Shown: positions 45,113-56,400 of the stretch, piece by piece | Numbering within the stretch: position 1 is the first letter of the stretch | How the letters are laid out: each line of letters opens with the position of its first letter | The notes under the pieces: model-generated | Databases searched by the model: none | Seen by the model: only the letters and a program-made list of their open reading frames with translations | What the model was told of the DNA's origin: nothing | Virus record (IMG/VR): IMGVR_UViG_3300042389_000736 | Span: 1-64,000 of that record | DNA from: an uncultured virus (IMG/VR IMGVR_UViG_3300042389_000736) | Lineage: Duplodnaviria; Heunggongvirae; Uroviricota; Caudoviricetes | Strand: one strand, 5' to 3' | Length of the DNA: 64,000 nt | Position numbers and translations under genes: made by a program

Positions 45113-47852
45113 TCTTTCTCCTGAAGTCCGCTACGACCGTCTTGTTGAACATCGTCGTCTCGTCGCTGGTGTCGAAGTTCGCCCCCTTGAGGAGGACGAC
45201 CCCGATCTCCGCGCTGGCGAAAGCCTCGTTGTGTGTGATCACGAAGCATTGCTCGCAGGCCAGAGCGTCCAGCTGTTTTTCGAGGATGTCAAGGAACTTG
45301 TAGCGATTGGTGGTATCGAGTTCCGCGTCAACTTCGTCGAGGTAGACGAGGTTGTACTTGGTGTCAGATTGTCTGATCGCCCTGCTGGTGATCCCCAACG
45401 ACAGAGAGCACTTGACCAGCGCGGTCTCGCCTTGGCTGCACTCAGTGATATCCTTGGCGTACGGGAACCCGTTCTTGTAAACCGGGATGCTGAAGTCGGT
45501 GTCGGACACGTTGAAGTCGATGGCAAAGCCGTCGCCGAGCGCCAGCGTCAGGAGCCGGTTCGTCTCTTCCTTGATGCCGTCGAGGTAGGAACCGAGGATG
45601 TGGAGGGGAATGCCGGTCTTGATGTCGAGCGCGTCTTTGACGACTTTCAGAACTTCCCGGCTGTCCATCAGATTCGCCTTCCGCTCCTCGTATTCCTCGA
45701 TTCTGGCCAGTTTGGTGGAGTAGGTTGCCACCTCCTTGGTCAGCTCAGTCACGCTCTCGTCGAGGGTCTCCTTCTCCCCTTCCAGATCTTTCACCTTCTG
45801 CTCGGCGGTCGAGATGCGCTCGATGTTTTCGAGGTTGTTCTCGTAGATCTTGTTGAGGGCCTTGAGATCCTTCTCGATCGCGGCGACTTCGGCGAGAATA
45901 CTCTGCAGGGTTTCGATCAGGTCTTTGGCGGATTCCTTCTTCTCCAGCGACTCCTTGGCGTCCGCCAGTCCCTCCTTCACCTCGGCCTCTTTCGGAGTGA
46001 TCCGGGTGATCTCGTCGTTTGCCTTAGAGATCCGGTCGTTGATTTCCCCGACGAACGATTCCACATCGCTCATGGACTCAATCTTCGACGCGGTGTTCTC
46101 GATTGCAGCTTTCTTGTCCTCGATCTTCTTGGCCAGATTGACCTTGCGCACGACGGGGGACATATCGAAGAGGCTTTGGACTTCCTCTGCGGTCATGTCG
46201 TACACCGCCATCCCGATGTCTCGGTTGTGCTCTTTGAAGACTTCAGCAAGTTTGGTCTTGGCCAGAACCGAAGGACTCATCTCGACGAACATGTAAACGC
46301 CAGACTGGAACAGCTGGGCCTTCGTCCTTATGGCTTTGAGACATGCGATTCTTGTCTGGATTTTCTGGAGGGCAATCTCGGCCTTCTCGATCGTCTCCTT
46401 CTTCTCGGTCAACTCGTCGGCTTTCTCCTTGTGGGAGAGGCCGATCTTGTAGACCTCGCAGGTCTTGCTCCGGCAGAGCGAAGCGACGTCGATGGTGGTC
46501 TTGGAGGCGATGCGCTCGTCTTCGGCAGAGCGAAGCTCACGCTTCAGCTTGGAGATCTCGGCTTCCTTCTTCTCGGCGAGGAGCTCGTCCGATTCGATGC
46601 GCTCCTTGAGGGACTGCTCCGACGCCGTGAACATCAGCTCGATGTACTCCTCGTCGAAGTCTGCAACGAGGCGCTTGCCCTCAACGATGTCCATCGCCAG
46701 ACGCTGGGCCTGGGCGCTGTCGGAAGTGGCGTCCTCGACGACGATGCCGTCGATGATCCCGACGCCCTTGATCTCCTTGAACTGCTTCTCGACTTCCTTC
46801 AGTTCTCCTCTGTACTTCGATAGCAGTTCCTTCAGCTCGTCGACCGACGTGGTGGAGCTCTTCGAGTACTTCTTCAGCTCGATCTGAGCGGCATTGCGGT
46901 TGTTTGTCGCTGCGACCCTCGCCCCTTGGAGGCGTTCGAGTTCGAGAGTCAGCTCGTTCACCCGCTTAGTGAGATCCTTGATCTCGGAGTTCAGGCTTCC
47001 GATCTTCTTGGCGATCGTCGCCTTGTCGTACTCCCTCAGCTTCGGATAGTCGGAGTAGACCTCTTCGAGTTCGCCCTGCTTCTCGGCGAGCTCCTTGGTC
47101 TTCGCTTCCCGCTCCGCAAGCTCTTCGGCGAACTCGGCCACCGCCTTCTTAGCGGTCTCCACCTCTCGCTGCGTCGAGATGATCTCGGCGGCAAGCTTGG
47201 CGACGTTCTGGCTGGTCTTCTTGAGAGTCTTCCCGATGACGTCGATGCGGGACTTGACTTCTTCCTTGTCCTCCAGCTTCGACATCTCGTCGGTGATGTA
47301 CTTGATCTCCTTATTGGAGAGATTCAGCTTGTCGTTGACGACCTTGTATGCGTTGATGTACATGTCGATCGAGGGGGTGAACTTCCCCAAGAACTGCTTG
47401 CGGGCGCTGGCCTGCAGGTCGATGAAGTTCTTGCTATTGGATCCGATCTTGACGATCTTGAAGAACTCCGCGTTCACCCCGAGCTCTTCCTCCACGATGG
47501 CGATGAACGTGCGGATGCCGCCAGACTCGTTCAGGGACTCGTCGTTCTTGTAGATGAAGGACTTGTTCTTCCCCTTGCCGTAGTAGTGCTCGATGCGATA
47601 CAGGTCGCCGCCCTTGCGGATGTGGATCTCCTTATATCCCTCGTGGTCGTCGAGGATCAGGCTGTCCCGGCTATCGAAGGACTCCATGAACGGATGGAGG
47701 GTAGACATGATGGTCGACTTGCCCGACCCGTTCGCGCCTAGGAAGAGGATGATGCGCTTCTCACACTTCGTGAAGTCGATCTCGATCTCTTTGCGTCCCA
47801 TCCCTGCCATGATTCCTTTGAAGTTTTTCAACTTCAGGTACTCGATTATCAT
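45102..47852 (-). CDS. sbcC: SbcC/Rad50-like SMC ATPase
   Basis: Walker A GANGSGKS, long coiled coils, signature CSQGE, Walker B YLDEVDAELD, ITH. Confidence 0.9.
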   Translation of the reverse strand: MIIEYLKLKNFKGIMAGMGRKEIEIDFTKCEKRIILFLGANGSGKSTIMSTLHPFMESFDSRDSLILDDHEGYKEIHIRKGGDLYRIEHYYGKGKNKSFIYKNDESLNESGGIRTFIAIVEEELGVNAEFFKIVKIGSNSKNFIDLQASARKQFLGKFTPSIDMYINAYKVVNDKLNLSNKEIKYITDEMSKLEDKEEVKSRIDVIGKTLKKTSQNVAKLAAEIISTQREVETAKKAVAEFAEELAEREAKTKELAEKQGELEEVYSDYPKLREYDKATIAKKIGSLNSEIKDLTKRVNELTLELERLQGARVAATNNRNAAQIELKKYSKSSTTSVDELKELLSKYRGELKEVEKQFKEIKGVGIIDGIVVEDATSDSAQAQRLAMDIVEGKRLVADFDEEYIELMFTASEQSLKERIESDELLAEKKEAEISKLKRELRSAEDERIASKTTIDVASLCRSKTCEVYKIGLSHKEKADELTEKKETIEKAEIALQKIQTRIACLKAIRTKAQLFQSGVYMFVEMSPSVLAKTKLAEVFKEHNRDIGMAVYDMTAEEVQSLFDMSPVVRKVNLAKKIEDKKAAIENTASKIESMSDVESFVGEINDRISKANDEITRITPKEAEVKEGLADAKESLEKKESAKDLIETLQSILAEVAAIEKDLKALNKIYENNLENIERISTAEQKVKDLEGEKETLDESVTELTKEVATYSTKLARIEEYEERKANLMDSREVLKVVKDALDIKTGIPLHILGSYLDGIKEETNRLLTLALGDGFAIDFNVSDTDFSIPVYKNGFPYAKDITECSQGETALVKCSLSLGITSRAIRQSDTKYNLVYLDEVDAELDTTNRYKFLDILEKQLDALACEQCFVITHNEAFASAEIGVVLLKGANFDTSDETTMFNKTVVADFRRKNEK

Positions 47853-47953
47853 GCTTGGTTCCTTTCTTCTTGAACACGCATATCATATATGTCATATTTT
47901 TCTGTTGCACAGATAAAAATCTCCATACGGCGCTAACCGTATGGAGATCCGTA

Positions 47954-48826
47954 TCACTGCAGTGCGGGGTTCACAGTGTAGCGACTGACCGGGGCCGGGA
48001 AGTCGGTGTCCAGCCGGAACTTCGTCACAAAGTTCAGCAGGTTGTTTGCCGTAGTGCCGGTGCTCAGGGATCCGGTGGTAATCCGGTTGAAGACCCAAGA
48101 GATGTGCGACAGGTCTCGCAGGTTCCCAAGCACATGCTCCGAAATCACGCTCTGTTCGGCGACGATGAACTTGAAGAAGAGCATGTACGCCTTCAGCTTC
48201 GACTCGATGGCGCTCACGTCGTGGCTGGCGTGAAAAGCTCTCACCCCGTCCGGGACGTTTCTGCCAGCTGCCGAGATGAACTCGTGCAGGAGGTAAGCCT
48301 TGTACAGGGAGGTGATGTCGTCGGCGGTTCTGAGCTTGAGGAAGAGATTGTGCATCTTGTCAAAGCACATGTTCTCACCGAGGGCGTTCCTCTCCCCGTA
48401 CATCACGTACCCGAGCAGGACATCCCGGAAGATCGTTCCACGGTACTCGATGGCCAGCTCCCCGGAATCAGAGAGGGAGAGGAGGTCGCTCGCCAAGAAG
48501 TTTCCAGCTAGCTGGGAATTCAGGAAGCGATCCTCGAAGTGTATGACGAAGTCGCTGGGGATGAGTCGGAAGTACCAGTTCAGATCCACCAGATTTCTGT
48601 GTTCCGTGCCGAAGCAGTCCAAGAGCTGTTCGACTTCTGAGTGGTGGACCGAAGCGCCTATCACGTCGTATCCGATGGAGCGGACTGCCTCTCGGATGTA
48701 GATCCTAGCGATAGAGGGCATGCGCCCTGCCATAGCACCGTAGTAGTTCTCTAGGTTTGTCTTTGTGTCGAAGAGCCCGTAGAATGGCTCCATGTCCGAC
48801 ATGAATTCTTCGAGAGTTCTTGCCAT
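47954..48826 (-). CDS. probable virion structural protein
   Basis: 290 aa, GAGGA RBS, late operon divergent from the tape measure gene. Confidence 0.6.
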   Translation of the reverse strand: MARTLEEFMSDMEPFYGLFDTKTNLENYYGAMAGRMPSIARIYIREAVRSIGYDVIGASVHHSEVEQLLDCFGTEHRNLVDLNWYFRLIPSDFVIHFEDRFLNSQLAGNFLASDLLSLSDSGELAIEYRGTIFRDVLLGYVMYGERNALGENMCFDKMHNLFLKLRTADDITSLYKAYLLHEFISAAGRNVPDGVRAFHASHDVSAIESKLKAYMLFFKFIVAEQSVISEHVLGNLRDLSHISWVFNRITTGSLSTGTTANNLLNFVTKFRLDTDFPAPVSRYTVNPALQ

Positions 48827-48833
48827 ATTTTCC

Positions 48834-50336
48834 TCAAGCCATCAGGCTGTAAGCAGTTTCCGAGAGATCTTCGATGTTCGCCAAGTTATTGGTCACGAGA
48901 TCCTCGTTCAGGTCGTGGACGTACTTAAGATCGGCGGTCGCCTCGGACTCGAACTCACCGTACTTGGAGAAATCCACCGACAGCTCGGACATGTTACCCT
49001 GCAGCTTCCGGGCCAGCCTGTAGGTTTCTAGGTTAGTCCCGATAGAGCTGGTGAGCATGTTGTCGTCTCTGAAGCCGTAGGTCGCCAGAGTCCGGGAGTG
49101 CTCGTCTGCCGGGATGTTGCCCGTCTTGACGTAGATCGGAGAGTTCATGTCTCCGTTCAGGGAGCCCCGGTACGACTTGGTGAGGTCGTAGGTGTTCCGG
49201 TTCATCAGAGCGTATCTCTCGTCGGCGAGATACTTCTCCTTCTTCTTCGCACAGCACTTGCAAGAGTTGTCGGACGCGTTCGGGTTGTACCCGCCGTACA
49301 TCGTGGCGTTTGCGGTATTGAGACCCTTCACCCCGAAGACCGACGAGATGAACGGGTCGTAGTTCCCAAACTTGTTTAAGCTCTGTGCGGTGCTACAGGC
49401 GGTATACGACTTACTCGAAGAGAAGGCGTTCCGCATGGAGTCGGAGAGAGCGGTGTTGACCAGAGACGGCACTCCGAGCTGCTGGAGGAAGCCGCCGAGT
49501 TTCGGGTTCAGGCCGGACAGCATGGCATTCGCCTGACCAGTCAGACCGTTGACGAAACCCCCGGCTTGCGAGGCCAGACCGTTGATGCCACCCTGCACGG
49601 CGTTGATCGCGTTCAGAGCGCCGCCCACCCCACCCTGCACGGCGTTGACGACCGCCATAGTCCCGCTGAGAGGATTGACGTTGTCTAGGCCCTCGAAGCT
49701 TCCTCCGAGCATGTTGGTCAAGCCGGTCTCCAGAAGGGCGAGAGCGTCGTCGCTCTGACATTCGAGCATCTTCGCCAGAGACGAGATAGGGTCGTCGGGA
49801 AGAGGGATGTCGAAGTCGAAGTCTGTCAGCTTGTCCATCAAGTTCTCAGGGCTGAAGTTGCTCAGCGCGGTGAGCGCGCTGTCGATCATGTTCGAGAGAC
49901 CAGTGCTGATCTTGTTGAACATGTTCTTTATGTCCGTTGCGTCCGGGAGGCTGATCTTGAGGTTCAGGTCAGGCATCCGAAAGTCCAGATTCTTCAGCTT
50001 CTCGACGCTGTTGAGGCCGAGAGAGGTCAGCTTGTCGGTCAGAGCAGAGATGGTGTCCAGCACTCCTGCAGCCGCGATGGCTGCGTTGAATCCGGCGTTC
50101 ACGCAGCCGTCCAGAACCTTGATTGCGCTCCCTACGTCTCTCAGTGCCCCGTTGATCTGGTTGTTGGACGAGTTGATGAGCATCTTGAGGTTATTCAGTT
50201 CCGGCCCACCGCAGGCAAGGTTCCGGGACACGTAGTCCTCGACCATGTAGCCTTGAGGGTAGACCCTTGGAATGTCGCCAGCTTGGATTCTATCGAAGGG
50301 CTTGACGATCGAGTTCCTTATGTCAAATACATTCAT
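48834..50336 (-). CDS. probable tail/baseplate structural protein (Gly/Asn-rich)
   Basis: 500 aa, late-type promoter at 50367-50379, short NAVQGG repeats. Confidence 0.6.
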   Translation of the reverse strand: MNVFDIRNSIVKPFDRIQAGDIPRVYPQGYMVEDYVSRNLACGGPELNNLKMLINSSNNQINGALRDVGSAIKVLDGCVNAGFNAAIAAAGVLDTISALTDKLTSLGLNSVEKLKNLDFRMPDLNLKISLPDATDIKNMFNKISTGLSNMIDSALTALSNFSPENLMDKLTDFDFDIPLPDDPISSLAKMLECQSDDALALLETGLTNMLGGSFEGLDNVNPLSGTMAVVNAVQGGVGGALNAINAVQGGINGLASQAGGFVNGLTGQANAMLSGLNPKLGGFLQQLGVPSLVNTALSDSMRNAFSSSKSYTACSTAQSLNKFGNYDPFISSVFGVKGLNTANATMYGGYNPNASDNSCKCCAKKKEKYLADERYALMNRNTYDLTKSYRGSLNGDMNSPIYVKTGNIPADEHSRTLATYGFRDDNMLTSSIGTNLETYRLARKLQGNMSELSVDFSKYGEFESEATADLKYVHDLNEDLVTNNLANIEDLSETAYSLMA

Positions 50337-50366
50337 GATTTTCCTTCCAGGAAATCCTTTTGCAAA

Positions 50367-50404
50367 TTATTTCAATGTTCTTTGAGAATTTAACAGGTAG
50401 ATAA
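50367..50404. promoter_or_regulatory. back-to-back divergent late promoters AACA-N6-TAA
   Basis: 50367-50379(-) for ORF 48834..50336 and 50392-50404(+) for the tape measure gene. Confidence 0.65.
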
Positions 50405-50436
50405 TCACCATTTTAGGTTTCTAGAAGGAAAACGTC

Positions 50437-53400
50437 ATGGCTGTGTTCCTAAAGAACGTGGCGAAGTCCTTGTTGACTAATACCCTCCCGGAGGGTACCA
50501 CGAGGCTCTTCCCCGGAACCGCAGAAGTCATGTCCCGCTTTAAGCAGGACGTGGACAAGTCTGAGGGTATCGTAGACGAACTACGAGAGAAAGCATCAAA
50601 GTTCAGCCAAGCCGCAAACTTCGCTGGATTCAAGCGGATCCACAAGACCGCGTTCAAGCAGCTCTCCACCGGCAAGTTCGGCATCTCCAAGGAGGAAGCC
50701 GACTCCGACATGATGAAGAGCATGGGCTTCGACATGGAGGGGATGGACCTCTCCGGAGACTTTGACTTCGACGCTGCAAACGGTGCAGGCGGCGATTCTT
50801 CGTCTTCCGCCGAGTCCTCGACCAGCCCGGATGGCTCGGTCACTGAGATTACCAACAAGAACTATTACACTAACATCAACAAAGGCAGCTCCGACAACGG
50901 AGAAGTCGTTAGTGCGATCGCTTCCGGGGCAATCACCGGATTGGGCGGTCTAGCCGCAATCGGCGGCATTTTGTCTGAGATCAACAAGAACATCGGTCTG
51001 CTCGACGCCTTCCAGAAGGAAAAGACGTCGATGTACTACGACCTTTCACTGGAGGCTTCTAAAGCTCTGGTGGCGGCGCAGGAGAAGCAGAGCGCCGACT
51101 CCGCGAAGATGTACCAGTACTTCGCGGACTTGCAAGATCAAAAAACTTTGAAGGCTGCTCAAGAGCAAACCGGGATCGACATGGGCTCCATGCTCGACCC
51201 CTCCAGACTGCTCGGGAAGATCAACGATAGCTTCTTCACCAGCGACATGGTGCTCGGCGGTCTCGGAAACGAGATTGGGAAGATCGCCAAGGATCCGATC
51301 GGATTCCTCGCGTCAGCTGCTCTTTTCGGGTCTGCGTTCGGTGGCGGTCGCGGTCTAGTTGGGGAGATGTTTGGTTCGCAGATCGATAAGGTCGAGCGGA
51401 TGGCAAAGAACCTTCCGTACTTGGCCCAGAACAAGCTCGAAAGCTGGTCTGCCGGTCGCGACTACGGTAAGAGTGGTTTCTCCATCGAGAACATTCTTGC
51501 CTCGATTGGCGACAACCTGAAGCTGGACATCGCTAACCCGAAGCTCAAGCTGAATCAGGATGCCGACGGAGCGACCTCGTTCGACACCGTGACCAGACGC
51601 TCCATCATCACCGAGATCCCAGGATACCTGTCTAAGATCTTGATGACGCTACAGCAGTTGACTGACATCACCAGCCGTGCGCACAACCTCCAGCCGGACT
51701 CCAAAATCGGTCACACCGTCTACGACAGGGAGACCGGGAAGTTCGAGGGAGAACACAAGTACAAGAGCGCGATCGCTTCAAGATTCCGCAAGATCAATCG
51801 CGGTGAGACTTCCGAGGGCTTTGGCACTAACTTGAAGCAGGCGATGACCGCCTCCGGCGTCAAGGGCCACGACGCTCGTCGCCTGCAGGCCAGCTTGCTC
51901 GGTCTCGCCAACTCCAACTTCGCCGGGATGACGGACCTGAAGGACTCCAAGTCCGTCAAGGAAATGCTCGGTCGGATGTGGGATCAGGAGATCAAGAAGC
52001 GCAAGGGTCAGACCAACGAAGAGTACGAGGACTTCAAGAAGCGCACGATCGCCAAGCGGATCAGCAAGATCTCTCCGCATCTGGATTCCGTCATCGGGAC
52101 CATGAATGCGTCTGGCAAGTCGGACGACATTCTGGCTGCTGACTTGGCTACTCGCAAGGCGGCGCTGGACAAGATCCGCGTTGAGAAGGGCGAGGCGCAG
52201 TACAAGGCGGAACACGCCAAGTTCCTTGAGTACAAGAAGCGCGTCGAGAAGCTGAAGGCTTCCGGCGACCTCGGAACCCACTACTCCAACAACCTCGAAG
52301 ACTCCTTCATCCGCCACGGAGCGGACACGTACCAAGCCGTCGTGGACGAAGGCAAGCGCATGTCCGGGAAGACTTCCGGTATGGTTGCCGCTCTGAACGG
52401 AGACATCACCGAAGTCAAGGGTAAGAAGGACTACACTGTCAAGAATAAGGATGCTGACAAGCTCCGTAAGATGGCAGAGCAGTTCCGAGACAGAGCCAAG
52501 GCTTCTAGAGCTGCGTCCGGCTCCGATTCCGGCTTCTTCGACTCCATCGTCGACAAGATCGGCGGCGTCGGCACCAAGGTCTACGAGAAGATCGGCAAGG
52601 CCGGTGACAGCATCGCCAAGAGCGTGAAGTCCGGCATCACCAGCGTCTTCGGTCTAGACAAGAAGGAGACCAAAGGCAAGAGCCTGCTGGAGACCATGTC
52701 GTTTGCGTTCGACCAGAAGGCGCTTCTGCCGTTTAAGCGGATGCTCATCGGGAAGTCAGAGGGAGACGCGACCAAGATGTCGTTCCTCGACACCGTCAAG
52801 CTTCGCTGGGACACCAGCATCTTGACGCCAATGAAGAAGGCGATGCTTGGAGAGGGAGCCACCGCTGAAGAGGCTCAGAAGACATCTTTCTTCGAGTCGC
52901 TGAACAAGGGCATGAACCGCACCGTTCTGATGCCGCTCAAGACGTGGCTCATCGGAGACGAGAAGGCCGCAAAGAGAGTTGGCTTCTTCAAGGCCATCGA
53001 GATCTCTTGGAATAAGAATGTCATGCTCCCGGTGAAAACCTGGATGATGGGCGGCGACAAGAAGTCTGCCCGCAAGATGACATTCCTCCAAGTCGTCGGC
53101 GACAAGCTTGAGAAATCGGTGTTCCTCCCGCTCCGCACGAGCCTGCTCGGCGGGAACGAGAAGAAGGCCAAGAATCTGTCGATGTGGGGAGCGATCTCCC
53201 ACAGCTTCGACCGCAACATCACTCACCCGCTGAAGAAGCTCATGCTTCCTGACGCGGACGTCCGCACTCTCCGCAAGACGTCATTCCTGACCGCGATGCG
53301 TACCTCCTTCGACCAGAAGGTGCTGCAGCCGATCAAGGGGTGGCTGTTCGGCGAGGAGGGCAAGAAGAAGTCATTCTTCAAGAACTTCTCCGAATGGATG

Positions 53401-56400
53401 GGTCCGAGGATCAACAAGATCCTCTTCGGCGACAAGGCCAAGGACAACACCCTGTGGGGCAACATCAAGAACACCCTGAAGGGAGTCGGCACGTTCATCT
53501 CCGACAAGGTATTCAAGCCCCTCAAGGGATGGTTCCTTGACGAGCTCATGCCCTCCATGAAGGACATGTTCAAGGAAGTCGGAGCAGAGGTCAAGCGTTT
53601 CTTCGGGAAGGCCAAGGACTTCTTCACCAAGGATCTCGTGAAAGGTGCCAAGGGCATCATGAAGGAGATCTTGGGCGATGACATGATCAAGACGATCCGC
53701 GAGAAGGTCGTGGATCCGTTCAAGAATGCGATCGCTAAGCTCGGCGAAACGCTGGGCGGCTTCTTCAAGTTCTTCCTGAGACTGCCAGTGAACCTCTTCA
53801 AGGGTATTGCTGACTCGATCAAGCTGAACCGCATGAAGCGCGGCGAGGGCAACTTCTCCGACGACGAGCGAAACCGCCTCGAAGCACTGGACAAGAAGGG
53901 TTCCACCTTCGACTTCATGGCTGGCGTCCGCAAGAAGGCTGAAGACACCAAGAAGGCGGTTGACGACGCGTTGACTCCTCCGGCTGATGTTGGTCAACGC
54001 TTCAAGAAAGCCGGGGAACAGGTCTCCGAGGGCTTCGAAGAAGGGATCGTTGACGGCACCAAGACCATCTGGGAGAAAGTCAAGGACATGGGCACTGGCG
54101 TGTTGGACAAGGTGAAAGCCGTGTTCGACATTCACTCTCCGTCCCGCAAGATGAGAGAGCTCGGCGAACACGTCGTCGAGGGCTTCATCGAGGGCCTGAA
54201 GAGGAAGGAACAAGAGGCTCTGGCGATCATCGACCGTCTGAGCAACTCCCTCCAGAATCGTAAGCTCGAACTGTCCGGAGAGATCACTGCCAAGGTGGAC
54301 GAGGGCGCTGAGAAGGGTGGCCGCTTCGGCGAGATCATCAAACAGCTCCACGCCAACGTCACCGAGACGAAGAAGACCACGTCGATCCTCGACAAGATCC
54401 ACGACTTCATGAAGGGCAACCTATCCGAAGTCGACAAGACCACCAAGAAGATCCTCTACGCCATGAAGAACGGCGGCAAGGGTGCTGGCGAAATCGACCT
54501 GTACTCCAGTCCGCTGAGCTGGATGGGCAACAAGCTCGACAGTCTGCTCTCGACCGGCCTGAAGACCATCAAGGGATTCGTGGACGGCGCAGCGAACGTG
54601 CTGAAGAGCTTTTCCGACCTGCCCAAGAAGGTGCTTGGGATGTTCGGCGATCTGGCGAAGTCTGCCATGAGCGTCGTGACCAACCTGCTCCCGAACATCG
54701 GCGATCTGGCGGCAAGCGCCATGAAGACGCTGAGCAACCTTGCGAAGAATGCTGGCGACACGTTCGTCAACATGACCGACAAGGTACTCCAAGCCGGTCT
54801 CAAGCTGGCCGGACAGATCGGCAATGCGATCAAGCCTTTGACCGATGCGTTCGTCGACGTAACCTCAACTCTGATCAGCGGCCTGAAGCCTGCTGTTACG
54901 AGTCTGACGACTGCGCTAACTAGCGCCGTGCAGGGTCTGGCTACTTTTGCTGGCAAGCTTCTGGACTTTGCGGGTCAGCTCGGGAACAAGGTTCTCGACT
55001 TCTCCGCCAAGCACCTCGGCATCTCTATCGGCAAGGGCCGGACCGGCGGAGGTCTCATGGACCCCAACGCCATCGTCAAGGTGTCGCTGGTGAATAGCTT
55101 CGTCGGCGGGTCTGCTGCGAATCCGATGTACGTACACGTTGTAGACGGTAAGGTTCAGGTTTACAGGAAGGAAAAGCCTTCCGTGAAGATGACCGACAAC
55201 ATCGAGGACGTGACTGCCGCAGCCGACAAGCTCAAAGGTAAGAAGGACGCCGAGAAGAAAGAAGACAAGAAGGACGATACTCTCGATAAGCTGAAGGATG
55301 TCGCTGGCACCGTTGCGGGTGCTGCTGCTCCGGGGCTGATTGGGAAGGCAGCTACTACTGTCGGTGCCAAGGTCGCTGCGGCCAAGGCTGGCGCGAGTAG
55401 TATCCTTGGTAAGATCGTCGATCGCGGCGATTACACCAAGGCAAAGGCAATCGACAAGTTCCGTACTGCGGATAAGATCAACGTTCGTTCCGACGAATGG
55501 AAGAATCTGAGCAAGGCCGACAGATCGAAGATTCTGAGCGAACGGAAGGCAGCTGCGAAGGCAGGGGAGACCCTGAAGTCGAGCCGCACTGTCAGGATCA
55601 ACGAGGGTCTGAAGAAGGCCGGAGGTAAGGTCACCGGAGCCATCGACAAGGTTGGCAAGGGTGCTTCTTGGATTGGAGACAAAATCTCAGGTGCAGGGAA
55701 GGCCGTCACCAAAGCTACGACCGGCAAGTTCGGGACTGGCGGTGCAGGGAACCTGATCTCCAAGGCGACTTCTGGCGCTGTCGACAAGATCGGCGGGCTG
55801 GCAAAGACTAGCATCGAGAAGGTTGGTTCTTCGAGAATCGGTCAGGCAGTGGGCGGCGCTCTGGAGAAAGTTCCGGGCGGAGCTATCGCCAAGACTGTCG
55901 GTGGCGCTGCCGGGAAACTTGGCGGTGCTGCTGCGTCCATGACCGGGAAAGCCTTTGGTGGCGTGGTTGGCACTGGCGTGAAAGCCATTGGCAGCACCGT
56001 TGCCAATGTCGGCGTCCGGATGCCTACGGCTATCGCTGGCGGTGCCATGAACATGGCGGGCAAAGCCGTCAGCGGCGTTGCTGGCATGGCAGGCAAGATG
56101 GCGGGCTCGGTCATGAAGATCGGTGCCAAGGGTCTCACGATCGGCGGCGTAGTCGGCGGTCTGGGCGAAGTCATCTCCGACACCATCTTCGAGAAGGGTG
56201 GCCACGCTCACAAGATCTTCACGAACTCCTTCAAGACGCTCGGCGGTGCATCCACCGGTGCTATGATCGGCAGTATGATCCTTCCGGGGGTCGGCACGCT
56301 GATCGGCGGCGTCATTGGTGCTGCTGCGTCCGGTCTGACGGATGCTCTGGCGGGCGTCAAGGACTGGCTGGAGGACACCTTCAAAGACGAGATCCAGAAT

